A stretch of 27,976 nucleotides of DNA from contig JBBQYG010000041.1 of the NCBI GenBank assembly GCA_038208905.1, positions 1-27,976 of the forward strand, given 5' to 3'. Positions 1-11,169 of this stretch are shown in pieces (positions within the stretch are counted from its first letter, which is position 1; the number at the start of each line of letters is the position of its first letter). Origin of the DNA: Candidatus Sumerlaeia bacterium. GTDB taxonomy: Bacteria > Sumerlaeota > Sumerlaeia > SLMS01. A program made the translations under genes and the position numbers. The notes below the pieces were generated by a model. The model had not been told where the DNA came from. It saw nothing but the letters and a program-made list of their open reading frames with translations, and did no database searches.

Positions 1-3000
1 GCCCCCTCAGCGGCGCCGACCGCATCGTTCGCCTAGGCAACGTCGCCGTCCCGCGTGGCCAGATCGTCGACATCCCGGTCGTGATGCGTTCGCGCGGCGT
101 GGAGCACGAACTCGGCTTCGGCCTCCAGTTCGATACCCAACTCCTTGAGTTCGTCTCGGCCCGCCGCGGCTCCTGCGTCCCCGGCAATGCCATCTTCCAG
201 CTCGACAATCAGGCCGCCGCCAACCAAACCGGCGTCCTCGGGATCCAGATTGGACTCCTTCCCGATCAGTCCTTCCTCTGTAACCTGACCCCCGCGCCCC
301 CGGCGCTGGTGTCCGCCACTGGCCCCATCGCCGATGTTCGACTTATCAGCGACAACACGCGGACGGCTTCAGTTTCCTATCCCGTGGCCACAACCGTTCT
401 GGGCATTGACTTCTCGAACCCGGATGCGCCGGTGGTCACCGTGGGCGTGGATGTTCAGCAAAACCCAACAGGCGACCAGATCAAGGACTATAGCTTCGGA
501 CTAACCTATGACCGGACCCGCCTCGCCTTCGTCGGCGGGAGTGTGATCAATGCGGCAGCGTTCGGCGGGGTCGGCTCGAACCCGACCCCAACCATTAGTG
601 GCAGGAACGCGAGCATCCTCCTCTCCAGCCAGAATCCTGCGAGCACTTTCCTGAGTGGCCAGCTACTCACTCTCCGGTTCACCGTCATCGCCGGTTCAGC
701 GCTCAACGCGAACGGCAGTCTGACGCTAGACGAGAATGGCGCGACCTCCACCTCCACCGAGCCGCCGATTATCACCATCGGCAGGGGTAACCGCTCCGTC
801 TTCAACACCACAGTGGTCAACGACCCGCAGACGCCGTTCTTCCGCGCCAGCTACAATAGCCTGGCCACCTCTCCCATCCTGAGCTCCCCGCGTATCGAGC
901 TGGTGGACGGGACGGGCTCGCGCCTCACGGCGGACTGCGCCGCGGCGACCGATCCGTTGTTCCTGCATCTGGAGGTTTCCCAGAACATTTCCCCCGTGAC
1001 CAGCCTGGCCTTCGCGGCGTTCTACAACCCGAGCTTTCTGGAACTGGAAGACATTCTGGTTCCCGACGAGACCGGCAACACGACATTCCGCGGCGCCGTC
1101 ACCCCCACGAACCGGATCGACCAAGTTGGAAACCGCAACGTGGTGGACGTCTTTGCCGCCGATCCGGGCAGCACGTTCTTCAATGGCCGCCTGATTCGCG
1201 TCGTCCTCAACCGCACCGCCGCCACCGGCGATCACCATGTCACGCTGCAGGGATCCCCCGCGATCGACAATCGCTTCCTTCTTTCTGGCGAGAATCCTGT
1301 CCTGGCGGGCCCGATCCTTCCCCAGGAGGCCGGAGTCCGAGAGCCGGATACCTCGACGCGCGTCAACTTCACCTTCGACTGCGTCGCCGGCAAGTCCACC
1401 GACGGGATCGCGGAATATCAGGAAGAGCTACCAGCGGCGGAAGTGATCGTCTCCGCTCCCAAGGCGGCTGCCAACGGTCCCGTGATTTCCACTCGCCTCG
1501 CAAGTATCCGTACTTCCGGTGGCTCCACGATCCTCGATATTGACCTGAACGTATCCAACAATTCCACCGTTGTTACAGGCTACGAGTTCTTCCTCACGTT
1601 TGACCGCTTCGCACTCGACCTCGCGACGCCAATCGCTGTGGAAGGCGGCGCCGGTTTCGCCGTGGCACCCGTGGTCGAGTTGACGCCGACCATCATTCGC
1701 GGCAACTACGCCACGCACAAGGTCACGGCGACAAGCGCCGGCAGCTCGCTCGTGAACGGCCGCCTCGCCCGCTTCACCTTCGTCGTCCGCACCCCGTCGA
1801 ATCCGTTGATCGCCAAGGCCGCCATCGATACGTCCTTGCGCGGTCCCGTCGTCCCGCCCTCGATCTTCATCACGACCGAGGCACCCGTTACCACGGAGAC
1901 CGAGGTCGCCGTGCTCTCTTTCCGCGCCAGGCCCGGAGTGGGCGCCATTCCGACGACGCTGGCATTCGGTGTCTCGCCCCAGACGATTATCGCCCCCTCC
2001 GTCCGCAACGTGGCTGGCGTGCCGATCTATTCGCACTTCGCAAACGGCGGCATCACCATCATCGACAACAGCGACGCCCGCCCGGTCGTCCGCCTGCGCG
2101 ACGCCGTCCTTCAGGCCAACACCGGCGAGCAGATCGTCGATGTGGTGCTGGATTCCGTCGGCATCGAGAACGCGGTCGGCTTCACGCTCAACTTCAACAG
2201 CACCGATATCGAGATCGAATCGGTCGCCCGCGGCCGCGACGTTCCGGCGTCTGGCTACTTCTACACGCTTCCCAACGAGAACGACACCGTCGGCCTTGCG
2301 GGGGCGAACTCTCTGAAGATCCTCACGTCGCTTCAGCCAGGCCGGGTCTTTCCGGCGGGCGAGCGCGTCGTTGCTTCCCTTAGGGTCCGCACCCGCGACA
2401 GCATCAGCACCTTCGATACGTCGCTGAACTTCACGGAACTCTATCCGAATCCGGCGCTCCTCGAGGAGACCGGGCTCGCCCCCAGCGACCTTGTCCGCTC
2501 TCCTCGCCGGGGCCAAGTCGTCGATCCCAACGCCATTGCCCTGGTCGCCGACTTCCCCGATGGCACGATCACGGTGGCGGGCACCAACTGCGTCTATACG
2601 CTGAACCCCACCACCCAGTCGATTCCCGCCATGGGCGGCGAGTTCGCCCTGGATGTCAATGTTCCGTCCGGCTGCCCTTGGACCGCGGTTTCCGACGTGG
2701 CATGGATCACCATCACGGAAAACGCCTCCGGCAACGGGACGAACACGATCCGCTACGAAGTTGGACCCAACGATAGCTGCTCCCCGCGCACCGCCCAGAT
2801 TCAGGTTGCCGGCAAGCCGCTCAACATCACCCAGCAGCCCTGCGTGATCAACCTCTCTCCCGCTGCGGTGGTGTTTGCCGGCACCGGTGGCGAGGGGACC
2901 ATTCAGGTCGTCACCGACTCCATCTGCTCCTGGACAGTGGTCAGCAACGTCACTTGGATCACCTTCACCTCGCCCTCCTCGGGTCAGGGCCCGGCTTCCA

Positions 3001-4856
3001 TCTCCTTCACCGTCGCCCAGAACGTGGGCCAGCCCCGCACGGCGACCATCGACCTGCTGAGCTGCGCAACAGGCACGGTGACGCAGGTTACCATTCAGCA
3101 GATCATCTGCGAGTACGCTCTCAGCCCCGTTGGCCCCTCCAACTTCGCGGCGGCAGGCGGGCAGGACAGCTTCTCCGTCATCACCACCGCCGGTTGCCCG
3201 TGGCAGGCCGTCTCCAGTGTCCCCTGGATTCAGGTTCTCAACCCAAGCGGAGACAGCGTGGACAACCTCGTCGAGTTCAACGTCCTTCCGAACGAAGAAA
3301 TCGCCACTGCCGAGAACAGCTCCGGCACGCCGCCGCTGCGTCGCGGAGTCATCACCGTCGCGGGCCGCACCTACGAGGTCTTCCAAGCCTTCGCGAGCTG
3401 CAACTTCGACATCATCCCCGCCACCACCACCGTTGACGGCGGCGCCCAACTCGTCAGCCTTCGCCTTGCCGCAACAGACGAAGCTTGCAGCTGGGAATTG
3501 ACGGAGTCCTCGCCTTGGATCGTCATCCAGGGCGCCACCGCCGACGTCCTGACGGGCATCGGCTCGCGCGACTTCACCGTGGCCGTCGATGCCAACCCCA
3601 GCCCCACCGAATCCCGTTCCGCCATTGTCACCGTTCGTCGCGGCGGCGCGAACATCGACACCGCCACGATCATCCAGCTTGGCGGCGATAATAACTTCGC
3701 CTTCACATTCGCCGCGAATCCCGAGTCCGACATTAACGGCGACGGCTTCCTGACGAGCACCGATGCCTGGTCGCCCTTCAGCCCCGGCGCGCCGAACTTC
3801 ACCACGCCGACCTTCAGCCAGAGCCCGACCTTCACGGCCGACGGCCCGGGACGCATCTCCATCGCCTCGACCAACAACAACAACACCTTCGGCTGGTGGG
3901 AATCCCCCGCCCTCGTCACCAACCCGGCGACGGCGACTGGCAATACCTACAAGGCCGTCTATCAGGTCTCCAGCCTGTCTGCATCGTCCGCCAACGTGCC
4001 GGTCTTCCGCCTGCGCGCCTCCTCGACGGACTTCCAGCAGAGCGACGTGATGATCATCACCAGCAACGGCGCGGGCGCGCTTTCGCCCTCGTCCGGTGCC
4101 AGCCACGAATACTGCCACCTGTTCTCGATCCCGCCCCAGGCGTTCTTCAGCGCCCAGGCGTTCAAGATCTACTTCGAGATTCTGAACTTCGGCGGAGAGG
4201 ACCCCTCCGGCCAGACCATCGCACTCGAGCGCATCGTCATTTCGCCCTTCGATCCGGCCACGGACTTGGCCGACGAGCGGACGGAAGTGACCTACATCAT
4301 GTCTCAGCCCTCCTCCGCCTCGGCCTTCCAGCCCATCGTTCCCAGCGCCTTCACCGCGCCGGTCTTCGGGGCATCCAGCCGCGGCCTCACCGCCACCAGC
4401 AACTTCACCGGCACGTCCAACCCGCCGACCACCATCGGCTTCCTAACGGCCAATACCGGCGTCCCGATCGTTGCGGGCCGTATCTACTCTGCGGAAGTCA
4501 CCGTCTCCGCCAGCGCCCAGACAGCACTTTCCGTCCGCAAGTCGCTGGTGCCGACGTTCCGAGCCCGCCTGAACACCGGCGACTTCACCGCGTCGAGCTA
4601 CGTCAACATCGAGTCCATCGACGAAAACTCCCGCGTGCCGACGTTCACCGACAAGAACCTCTACACCGCCTGGCTTGCGCCCACGGCCACCCAGCCCAGC
4701 GGCGCCAAGGCCAACGCCACGGGCAACGTGCTGATCTCCTTCGACTACCTGCTCACACCGGAGTCGTTCAACAGCACCGAGGAATACCGCAACGCGGCGG
4801 ACATCATCCTGATCATCGAATCGGTCAGGCTCAAGTCCTTCATCCTCGCGCCGTAG
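1..4856 (+). CDS. Giant secreted/surface repeat protein, 5' partial (frame open from nt 3 to the window edge). N-terminal two-thirds: repeated cohesin-like beta-sandwich modules. nt ~2580-3690: four tandem BACON-like repeats. Followed by a dockerin-like Ca-binding loop and a C-terminal domain.
   Basis: 1591-aa ORF (81..4856) with no in-frame stop between nt 3 and 81 and no signal peptide at the first Met, so the gene probably starts upstream of the window. Cohesin-like signatures recur: ...[17 protein letters not shown]..., ...[20 protein letters not shown]..., ...[15 protein letters not shown]... Four ~90-aa repeats have the pattern C(P/S)W(T/Q/E).VS.V.WI...........G.G.......V..N.....R.A.I.V, which is typical of BACON domains. 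[12 protein letters not shown] is a dockerin/EF-hand-like loop. The protein is Thr/Ser/Asn/Pro-rich, as expected for an extracellular protein. Confidence 0.85.
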   Translation, partial: PLSGADRIVRLGNVAVPRGQIVDIPVVMRSRGVEHELGFGLQFDTQLLEFVSARRGSCVPGNAIFQLDNQAAANQTGVLGIQIGLLPDQSFLCNLTPAPPALVSATGPIADVRLISDNTRTASVSYPVATTVLGIDFSNPDAPVVTVGVDVQQNPTGDQIKDYSFGLTYDRTRLAFVGGSVINAAAFGGVGSNPTPTISGRNASILLSSQNPASTFLSGQLLTLRFTVIAGSALNANGSLTLDENGATSTSTEPPIITIGRGNRSVFNTTVVNDPQTPFFRASYNSLATSPILSSPRIELVDGTGSRLTADCAAATDPLFLHLEVSQNISPVTSLAFAAFYNPSFLELEDILVPDETGNTTFRGAVTPTNRIDQVGNRNVVDVFAADPGSTFFNGRLIRVVLNRTAATGDHHVTLQGSPAIDNRFLLSGENPVLAGPILPQEAGVREPDTSTRVNFTFDCVAGKSTDGIAEYQEELPAAEVIVSAPKAAANGPVISTRLASIRTSGGSTILDIDLNVSNNSTVVTGYEFFLTFDRFALDLATPIAVEGGAGFAVAPVVELTPTIIRGNYATHKVTATSAGSSLVNGRLARFTFVVRTPSNPLIAKAAIDTSLRGPVVPPSIFITTEAPVTTETEVAVLSFRARPGVGAIPTTLAFGVSPQTIIAPSVRNVAGVPIYSHFANGGITIIDNSDARPVVRLRDAVLQANTGEQIVDVVLDSVGIENAVGFTLNFNSTDIEIESVARGRDVPASGYFYTLPNENDTVGLAGANSLKILTSLQPGRVFPAGERVVASLRVRTRDSISTFDTSLNFTELYPNPALLEETGLAPSDLVRSPRRGQVVDPNAIALVADFPDGTITVAGTNCVYTLNPTTQSIPAMGGEFALDVNVPSGCPWTAVSDVAWITITENASGNGTNTIRYEVGPNDSCSPRTAQIQVAGKPLNITQQPCVINLSPAAVVFAGTGGEGTIQVVTDSICSWTVVSNVTWITFTSPSSGQGPASISFTVAQNVGQPRTATIDLLSCATGTVTQVTIQQIICEYALSPVGPSNFAAAGGQDSFSVITTAGCPWQAVSSVPWIQVLNPSGDSVDNLVEFNVLPNEEIATAENSSGTPPLRRGVITVAGRTYEVFQAFASCNFDIIPATTTVDGGAQLVSLRLAATDEACSWELTESSPWIVIQGATADVLTGIGSRDFTVAVDANPSPTESRSAIVTVRRGGANIDTATIIQLGGDNNFAFTFAANPESDINGDGFLTSTDAWSPFSPGAPNFTTPTFSQSPTFTADGPGRISIASTNNNNTFGWWESPALVTNPATATGNTYKAVYQVSSLSASSANVPVFRLRASSTDFQQSDVMIITSNGAGALSPSSGASHEYCHLFSIPPQAFFSAQAFKIYFEILNFGGEDPSGQTIALERIVISPFDPATDLADERTEVTYIMSQPSSASAFQPIVPSAFTAPVFGASSRGLTATSNFTGTSNPPTTIGFLTANTGVPIVAGRIYSAEVTVSASAQTALSVRKSLVPTFRARLNTGDFTASSYVNIESIDENSRVPTFTDKNLYTAWLAPTATQPSGAKANATGNVLISFDYLLTPESFNSTEEYRNAADIILIIESVRLKSFILAP

Positions 4857-4883
4857 CCACCAACCGCATCGCCTGTCAGAAAA

Positions 4884-4915
4884 CCCCCGGTCCCTATGGA
4901 CCGGGGGTTTTTTTT
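4884..4915 (+). terminator. Rho-independent terminator of the giant surface-protein gene
   Basis: Perfect 10-bp GC stem cccccggtcc / ggaccggggg (4884-4893 / 4898-4907) with a 4-nt loop ctat, immediately followed by 8 T (4908-4915), 28 nt after the TAG stop. Confidence 0.85.
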
Positions 4916-4943
4916 CTGCCTGCCCTCCAACCTTGAATGGTTC

Positions 4944-4972
4944 TTGCTCCATAGTGGGCTGCGCCTTCTATT
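4944..4972 (+). promoter_or_regulatory. Candidate sigma70-like promoter for uvrA (TTGCTC-N17-TCTATT)
   Basis: Only hexamer-like pair in the 138-bp gap between the terminator and uvrA. Weak match, no experimental support. Confidence 0.2.
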
Positions 4973-4994
4973 CGCCCCCGGAGTCACCATCGCT

Positions 4995-7844
4995 TTGCCC
5001 CGCCGAACCGCCCCCGCCATCGCTCCCGAACCCATAGCGCCGCCCATCGTGGTCCGCGGCGCGCGGACGCATAACCTCAAGGGTGTGTCCTGCGAGATTC
5101 CCTCCGGCCAAATCACCGTCGTCACCGGGCTCAGCGGCTCCGGCAAGTCGTCCCTCGCCTTCGACACGCTCTTCGCCGAGGGCCAGCGCCGCTATGTCGA
5201 ATCGCTTTCCACCTACGCGCGCCAGTTCATCGCCCGCATGCCGCGCCCCGACGTGGACGAGGTGGACAACATCCCGCCGGCCATCGCGCTTGAGCAGAAG
5301 AACACAGTCCGCAACGCGCGTTCGACTATCGGCACCGCTACGGAGATCAACGACTACCTGCGTCTGCTCTTCGCCAAGGCCGGCCGCGCGGTGTGCGCCA
5401 AGACGGGAGACGAAGTGCGCCGCGATTCGCCCGCCGAGGCTGCCACGCGCATTGTGGCGGAGTTCCGCGATCAGGCGATCTACCTCCTCGCCGAGGTGAA
5501 GCTTCAGAAGTCTACTCTCCTCGCGGCAACCACCAAGGAACTCATCCGCCAGGGCTTCACCCGCGTATGGCTCGCCGACGCGATGCAGGAACTCGACGCT
5601 CCCGCGTTCGCGTGGCCCAAGGGTACGACCACCCTTGTTGTCGTCGTGGACCGCCTCGTCGCGCGGGCGGAGGATCGTGGCCGCCTCGCGGAGGCCATCG
5701 AGTCCTGCTACCGTCTCGGCGGCGGCGCCTGCATCGCGCGCTCGCGGGACGGCTTGTCCCGCCGCTATTCAGAGACCGCGCGCTGCACGAGTTGCCCCGG
5801 CGACTGCGGGATGACCTTCGCGGAGCCCACGCCCCAGCTCCTCAATTTCTCCAACCCCCTGGGCGCCTGCCCCACGTGCGAGGGTTTTGGCCGCGTCACC
5901 GGCATCGACTGGGACAAGGTGCTCCCCAATCACGACCTCTCCATCGACGACGGCGCCATCGCCCCGTGGAACGGAGAGATGGGTCAGGAATCCGTCGCCG
6001 ACCTTCGCAAGCATAACAAGCGACTCAAGATTCGCATGGGTGTTCCGTGGAACGAACTCTCCGCGGAGGAGCAGCGCCTCGTCCGCGAGGGCGATGGCGG
6101 CGCGTGGTATGGCATCGAGGGCTTCTTCCGCTGGCTGGAGGACCGCCGCTACAAGGTCCAGTCGCGCATCATGATCGCGCGGTATCGCGGATATACGGAG
6201 TGCCCAGATTGCCACGGGCTTCGGCTGCGGTCCCAGGCTCTGTCTATACGCCTCGCGGGAAAGAATATCGGCGAAGTCTGCGACATGTCCGTGGAGCAGC
6301 TCTCCTCGTGGTTCGCCGCGCTCCTGCTTTCCCGCGACCAAGCGACTATTGCGGAGCGCCCCTTGACGGAACTTCGGGCGCGTCTCAGCTACCTGCTGGA
6401 AGTTGGACTCGGCTACCTCACGCTGTCGCGCCAAACGCGGACGCTCTCCGGGGGGGAAAGCCAGCGCATTAACCTCGCCACCTCGCTCGGCAGCGCGCTC
6501 ACCGAAACGCTCTACGTCCTTGATGAGCCCACGGTGGGCCTGCACCCACGCGACACGCATCGCCTGATCGGTGTGTTGCAACGGCTCAAGGAGCTTGGCA
6601 ACACGCTCGTTGTGGTGGAGCACGATCTCGACGTGATCCGCGCGGCGGACTACCTGATCGACATCGGCCCCAAGGCGGGGGAGCAGGGCGGCGAGATCCT
6701 CCTGGCGGCGACGATGGCCGACGCGATGAAGCGCGGCGGATCCACAACGGTGGACTACCTCAAGGGACGCAAGGCGCCCAAGGCCAAGTCGGCAAAGGGA
6801 AACCAGCAGGCGCTCAATCGTCATGGCCGCCGCGCTCCCACGGGTTGGATCACCGTGGAGGGCGCCCACGCCAACAACCTGCGCCACGTCACCGCGCGCA
6901 TCCCCCTTGGCGTCATGTGCTGCGTCACCGGCGTCAGCGGCAGTGGCAAATCCACGCTCATCAAGCGTTGTCTCTACGAAAACTACCTGCGTGCCTACAA
7001 GTCGGAGGCCTCCGCCGAAGCCGGCGCCATCGTGAGCCTTGCCGGCGCTGATCAGGTCTCCGACATCGTCATGATCGACCAGTCGCCGATCGGGCGCAGC
7101 TCGCGCAGCAACCCGGCCACCTACCTCAAGGCCTATGACCACATCCGCGAATTGCTCACCACCACGCCCGACGCCACGGCTCTCGGCCTGCGCCCGCGCG
7201 ATTTCTCCTTCAATGTGGAGGGCGGGCGCTGCGACGTGTGCGAGGGCACCGGTCGCCAGGTGATCGACATGCACTTCCTCGCCGATGTGGAGGTGATCTG
7301 CGAGGCCTGCGATGGCCAGCGCTTCCAGCCCCGCATCCTCGGCGTGGAGTGGAATGGCCTCAACATCGGCGCTATCCTCGACCTGACGATCAGCCAGGCG
7401 CTCGACGTGTTTGCAAGCCATCAGAAGGTGCTCAACGGCCTGCGCCCGCTGGCCGATGTGGGCCTTGGATACCTGCGTCTCGGTCAGAGCACCGCCACAC
7501 TCTCCGGCGGGGAGGCCCAGCGCCTCAAGCTCGCGGCCCACATCGCCGGCACCTCGGGAAAGGAGAACGCGCTGCTCCTCTTCGACGAGCCGACCACGGG
7601 GCTGCATCCCGCCGACCTCGACGTTCTCCTCAACGTCTTCCGCCGCATGCTCGACCGCGGATTCTCGCTCGTTATCATCGAGCACAACCTGCAATTGATC
7701 CGCGCAGCCGACCACGTGATCGACATGGGACCCGAGGGCGGCGAGGGCGGCGGCATGATCGTGGGCGAGGGGACTCCGGAGGACATCGCCGCCAACAGCG
7801 GGAGCCTCACGGGGAAGTATCTCGCCAACTGGCAGGGAGACTGA
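4995..7844 (+). CDS. uvrA: Excinuclease ABC subunit A (UvrA)
   Basis: [61 protein letters not shown] is the canonical UvrA N-terminus. There are two ABC ATPase modules (second Walker [11 protein letters not shown]), zinc-finger Cys clusters, and a C-terminal ...TGKYL. Start uncertain: the in-frame ATG at 4896 lies inside the upstream terminator hairpin and is unlikely. TTG 4995 has GGAG 12 nt upstream. GTG 5049 would give M-VRGAR. Confidence 0.93.
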   Translation: MPRRTAPAIAPEPIAPPIVVRGARTHNLKGVSCEIPSGQITVVTGLSGSGKSSLAFDTLFAEGQRRYVESLSTYARQFIARMPRPDVDEVDNIPPAIALEQKNTVRNARSTIGTATEINDYLRLLFAKAGRAVCAKTGDEVRRDSPAEAATRIVAEFRDQAIYLLAEVKLQKSTLLAATTKELIRQGFTRVWLADAMQELDAPAFAWPKGTTTLVVVVDRLVARAEDRGRLAEAIESCYRLGGGACIARSRDGLSRRYSETARCTSCPGDCGMTFAEPTPQLLNFSNPLGACPTCEGFGRVTGIDWDKVLPNHDLSIDDGAIAPWNGEMGQESVADLRKHNKRLKIRMGVPWNELSAEEQRLVREGDGGAWYGIEGFFRWLEDRRYKVQSRIMIARYRGYTECPDCHGLRLRSQALSIRLAGKNIGEVCDMSVEQLSSWFAALLLSRDQATIAERPLTELRARLSYLLEVGLGYLTLSRQTRTLSGGESQRINLATSLGSALTETLYVLDEPTVGLHPRDTHRLIGVLQRLKELGNTLVVVEHDLDVIRAADYLIDIGPKAGEQGGEILLAATMADAMKRGGSTTVDYLKGRKAPKAKSAKGNQQALNRHGRRAPTGWITVEGAHANNLRHVTARIPLGVMCCVTGVSGSGKSTLIKRCLYENYLRAYKSEASAEAGAIVSLAGADQVSDIVMIDQSPIGRSSRSNPATYLKAYDHIRELLTTTPDATALGLRPRDFSFNVEGGRCDVCEGTGRQVIDMHFLADVEVICEACDGQRFQPRILGVEWNGLNIGAILDLTISQALDVFASHQKVLNGLRPLADVGLGYLRLGQSTATLSGGEAQRLKLAAHIAGTSGKENALLLFDEPTTGLHPADLDVLLNVFRRMLDRGFSLVIIEHNLQLIRAADHVIDMGPEGGEGGGMIVGEGTPEDIAANSGSLTGKYLANWQGD

Positions 7845-7846
7845 GC

Positions 7847-9580
7847 GTGAAGAAGGTCCACGGTCTGATCGCGACGCTGGAGGAGATGGGCGATTACCTT
7901 GAGCTCGACGGTGCGAACCCCTTCAAGAGCGGGGCCTATCCCAAGGCCGCCCGCGCGTTGCAGGAGTTCGGCGCCAACCTCGACGACTATGTGACGGGCA
8001 ACCGCCTGACGGAGATCCCCGGTGTCGGCAAGGGACTCGCGGAAAAGATCGTGGAGTTCTGGAATAGTGGCCGAATCGCCGAACTCGACGAACTGAAGGC
8101 GCGCATCCCCGCGGGCCTGAGAGAGATGACCCGCATCCCCGGCGTCGGCGCCAAGAAGGTGCGCGCGCTGCGCGAGGCGCTCGGCATCGCCACCGTGGCC
8201 GACCTGCGCGCGGCCTGCGGCGACGGGCGCGTGGCGGGGCTAAAGGGCTTCGGCGACAAGACCGCCTTGAAGATCCTCGGCGGCATCGACCAGCTTGAGA
8301 AATTCTCCGGACGCCATCGGCTGGACTTCGCCGACCGACTCGCGGAGCCAATCCTGGAGTTCCTCCGCGCCCACCCCGACGTGATCCGGGCCGAGATCGC
8401 CGGAAGCCTTCGCCGCTCGCGCGAAACCGTGAAGGATCTCGACTTCGTGGCGGCGGTCCGCAATGCGGAGAAGGTCATGGCCGACTTCACCTCGCTTCCC
8501 GATGTGACGTCGATCATCGGCAGCGGCGACACCAAGTCGTCGGTGATTCTCGGCGGAAAAATCCAGGCGGACCTGCGATGCGTGACCGAGGCGGAGTTTC
8601 CCTTCGCCCTCATGCACTTCACCGGCAGCAAGGAACACAACACGCGGATGCGCGCGCTCGCCAAGGATGCGGGGCTCAAGCTCAACGAGTACGGACTCTT
8701 TCCCGAGGGAAGCGAAACCTCGCTCCCCGCCGCCACCGAGGCCGATGTCTATACGCATTTCGGCATGGAGTACGTCGCGCCGGAACTGCGCGAAGACATG
8801 GGAGAGATCGAGGCCGCGCGCGAACGCAGGCTCCCCCGCCTTGTCCAGCACTCCGATTTCCGTGGCGTGATCCACATTCACACCCACTACAGCGATGGAA
8901 AGCCCGCCCTGGCCGACTACGCCAAATGGGCCGCGGAGCACGGAATCCAGTGGATGGGGATCAGCGACCACAGCCGCTCGTTGACCGTTGCGAATGGACT
9001 TTCGGAGGAACGCGTCCGCCAGCAGCAGGCGGAGATCGACGCCGTGAACGCCGAGTTTGCCGCGCGCGGAGTCCGGCTGCTCAAGGGAATCGAGAGCGAC
9101 ATCCTGGCCAATGGAGCGCTTGACTATTCCGACGGTTTCCTGAAGTCTTTCGAGTTCGTCATCGCCTCGGTGCATTCGTACTTCAACCTGACGGAGGCGG
9201 ATCAAACCACCCGCGCCCTCCGCGCGCTGGAGCATCCCGCGACCACCGTGCTCGGCCACATGACGGGGCGGCTTCTCCTCGCGCGCGATGGTTTCGATAT
9301 CGATCAGAAGGAGGTCATCCGCGCTGCGGCGCGGCACGGCGTCGCGATCGAGATCAACGCGAATCCGTGGCGCCTCGACATCGATTGGCGATTGATCCGT
9401 TTCGCCGTGGAGCAGGGCTGCCGCCTCTGCGTCGGCCCCGACGCCCACGCGATGGATGGTCTCTCTGACACACGCTTCGGCATCGCCATGGCTCACAAGG
9501 GTTGGCTGACAGCGGACGACCTGCTTAACACGCTCTCCGCCGATGACTTTCTCGCCTTCGCGCGGAAGGAGAAAAAGTAA
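7847..9580 (+). CDS. polX: DNA polymerase X family protein with C-terminal PHP phosphoesterase domain (PolX)
   Basis: GTG start 3 nt after the uvrA stop, with GGGAGA 6 nt upstream. The N-terminus VKKVHGLIATLEEMGDYLELDGANPFKSGAYPKAARAL aligns with the bacterial PolX N-terminus, and the HhH motifs IPGVGKGLAEKI and IPGVGAKKV are present. The Pol-beta-like core is followed by a PHP domain (VIHIHTHYSDG..., ...GISDHS...). Confidence 0.9.
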   Translation: MKKVHGLIATLEEMGDYLELDGANPFKSGAYPKAARALQEFGANLDDYVTGNRLTEIPGVGKGLAEKIVEFWNSGRIAELDELKARIPAGLREMTRIPGVGAKKVRALREALGIATVADLRAACGDGRVAGLKGFGDKTALKILGGIDQLEKFSGRHRLDFADRLAEPILEFLRAHPDVIRAEIAGSLRRSRETVKDLDFVAAVRNAEKVMADFTSLPDVTSIIGSGDTKSSVILGGKIQADLRCVTEAEFPFALMHFTGSKEHNTRMRALAKDAGLKLNEYGLFPEGSETSLPAATEADVYTHFGMEYVAPELREDMGEIEAARERRLPRLVQHSDFRGVIHIHTHYSDGKPALADYAKWAAEHGIQWMGISDHSRSLTVANGLSEERVRQQQAEIDAVNAEFAARGVRLLKGIESDILANGALDYSDGFLKSFEFVIASVHSYFNLTEADQTTRALRALEHPATTVLGHMTGRLLLARDGFDIDQKEVIRAAARHGVAIEINANPWRLDIDWRLIRFAVEQGCRLCVGPDAHAMDGLSDTRFGIAMAHKGWLTADDLLNTLSADDFLAFARKEKK

Positions 9581-10344
9581 TGCCGCCCAAGCCAAAGCTA
9601 GATCCCATGCACGCGGAGTCGCCGCAGTGGCAGCACGTGGACGACCGTCTGAAGTCGGAAATCGCGGCCCGCAAGCCCAAGCCCGCCGAGCGTCAGCGCG
9701 CCGCCGCCATTGCCGACTTGCTGGAGGAGGAATTTCCCAAGGCGTTCTGCGCGCTGCATTTCTCCAACTCGTTCGAGCTTCTCGCCGCGACGATTCTCTC
9801 CGCCCAGTGTACCGACGAGCGCGTGAACATGACGACGCCGGAACTCTTTCGCCGCTTTCCCACGCCGCGCCACCTGATGGAGTCGGAACCCGGCGCCATC
9901 GAGGAAGTCATCCGCTCCACGGGATTCTTCAACGCCAAGGCCAAGTCGCTGCGCGAGGCGTCGCGCACGCTCGTCGAGGACTTCGGCGGAAAGATGCCTG
10001 TCGCGATCGAGGATCTGACGCGCTTTCGCGGCAGCGGTCGCAAGACCGCCAACGTCGTGCGGATGCACGCCTACGGATTGCCGGGGCTCTCGGTGGATAC
10101 GCATTTCACGCGTATCACCCAGCGTCTTGGCCTCACCAAGGCCACCGATCCCGAAAAGATCGAGTTCGAGATCGCGGCACTCCTGCCGCCCGAGCGCTGG
10201 ACGCTGTTCGCCGATGGGGTGATCCTGCATGGTCGCAAGACGTGTCAGGCGCGCGCGCCGAAATGCGAGGCCTGCCGCCTCGCACCGCTCTGCCCACGCA
10301 TCGGCGTCGAAGTAAAGTCACCTGCAAAAAGGAAATCATCGTGA
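9580..10344 (+). CDS. nth: Endonuclease III (DNA glycosylase/AP lyase, HhH-GPD with 4Fe-4S cluster)
   Basis: ATG overlaps the polX stop (TAATG). FELLAATILSAQCTDERVN and LPGVGRKTANVV (HhH-GPD) are present, and the C-terminal CQARAPKCEACRLAPLC is the C-x6-C-x2-C-x5-C iron-sulfur loop of EndoIII. About 28-aa N-terminal extension relative to E. coli Nth; an alternative ATG exists at 9607. Confidence 0.9.
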   Translation: MPPKPKLDPMHAESPQWQHVDDRLKSEIAARKPKPAERQRAAAIADLLEEEFPKAFCALHFSNSFELLAATILSAQCTDERVNMTTPELFRRFPTPRHLMESEPGAIEEVIRSTGFFNAKAKSLREASRTLVEDFGGKMPVAIEDLTRFRGSGRKTANVVRMHAYGLPGLSVDTHFTRITQRLGLTKATDPEKIEFEIAALLPPERWTLFADGVILHGRKTCQARAPKCEACRLAPLCPRIGVEVKSPAKRKSS

Positions 10345-11066
10345 CCGACGCGCGCCCGTGGTACTTCTTCGATTTGGATGGCACCCTCTGGGATCACGAT
10401 GGCGCGTGCCACAACGCGGTGATGTCGGTGTGCCGCCGATTCGAGATTCCGCCGATCAGCTTTCTCCCCCTCTTCAAGGACGCCAACGACTGGATGTGGG
10501 CGGAGCTTGATGCGGGCAACACCGACTACGAGTTGATGCGCATCCGCCGCTTCGAGATGGCGCTCTCCGCCGCCACCTGCGGCTGTGGCCCCGTTGATGC
10601 GGTGGAGGTCAGCCGCCATTACGTGGCCGAGTACCTCGCCACGCCGCGCCCGCTTTCCGGCGCCGTCGAACTCCTCGCCGAGGCCGCCCGCCGAGGCCGC
10701 GTCGCCGTGCTGACCAATGCCCCGCACGAGACGCAGGACGCCAAGCTGGCCCACCTTGGAGCAGTCGCCGACCGCGTGGAGTTCATGCTCTGCGCGGGCG
10801 AGGGCGCGGGTCTCAAGCCCCAAGAGTCCTTCTTCGCGGAGGCGGCACGCCGCGCCGGCAATCCCGCTCCGTCGCGCATCGTCATGATCGGCGATTCCTG
10901 GGTCTGCGACGTGGAAACACCGCGCCGCCTTGGCTGGAAAACGGTCTGGATTTCCCACGGCCATGACACGCCCGGGGCCGTGGGGGAGACCAGCGTCGTT
11001 GCGACTCCGGCGGGAGTCGCAGAGGCACTCTTCGGGCCGCTCCGGGAGGCCGCCGGGCTTCGGTAG
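10341..11066 (+). CDS. HAD-superfamily hydrolase (specific substrate unknown)
   Basis: GTG start overlaps the nth stop (GTGA), with AGGAAA 8 nt upstream. HAD motif I is FFDLDGTLWD and motif IV is MIGDSWVCDV. The upstream part of the 507-aa read-through ORF (9543..) is Arg/Ala-rich wrong-frame sequence. Confidence 0.75.
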   Translation: MTDARPWYFFDLDGTLWDHDGACHNAVMSVCRRFEIPPISFLPLFKDANDWMWAELDAGNTDYELMRIRRFEMALSAATCGCGPVDAVEVSRHYVAEYLATPRPLSGAVELLAEAARRGRVAVLTNAPHETQDAKLAHLGAVADRVEFMLCAGEGAGLKPQESFFAEAARRAGNPAPSRIVMIGDSWVCDVETPRRLGWKTVWISHGHDTPGAVGETSVVATPAGVAEALFGPLREAAGLR

Positions 11067-11169
11067 CTCGCTTTCCGGGTGCCACTTCGCTTGACGGGAG
11101 GGAGAACGGGGACTCATCCTTACTCACGATAACTCCGGCCATCGGGTACGGAAGGGCGGCGATTAACAA

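Noticed and set aside
568-590. tRNA T-arm-like hairpin gggtcgg-ctcgaac-ccgaccc
   Set aside because: Embedded in the middle of the well-supported giant CDS. No acceptor, D or anticodon arms are detectable around it. The loop deviates from TTCGAAT. Coincidental.
1428-4118. 896-aa antisense ORF opposite the surface-protein gene, plus similar long antisense or out-of-frame ORFs (5769..7715 -, 8240..9595 -, 14294..17113 +, 17110..18585 -, 17445..18866 +, 24062..25225 -)
   Set aside because: Arg/Gly/Ala/Pro-dominated low-complexity translations with no recognisable domains. They lie opposite or out of frame to genes with strong homology. This is the standard artefact of high-GC DNA lacking stop codons.
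4896-4994. ATG at 4896 as uvrA start ([11 protein letters not shown]...)
   Set aside because: The ATG sits in the loop of the upstream terminator hairpin, and the FFF codons are the terminator U-tract. The UvrA homology begins ~50 codons later. TTG 4995 or GTG 5049 are more plausible.
9543-10340. Upstream 266 codons of the 507-aa ORF 9543..11066 overlapping nth in another frame
   Set aside because: Arg/Ala-rich wrong-frame sequence. HAD homology starts exactly at the GTG (10341) overlapping the nth stop, with a good RBS.
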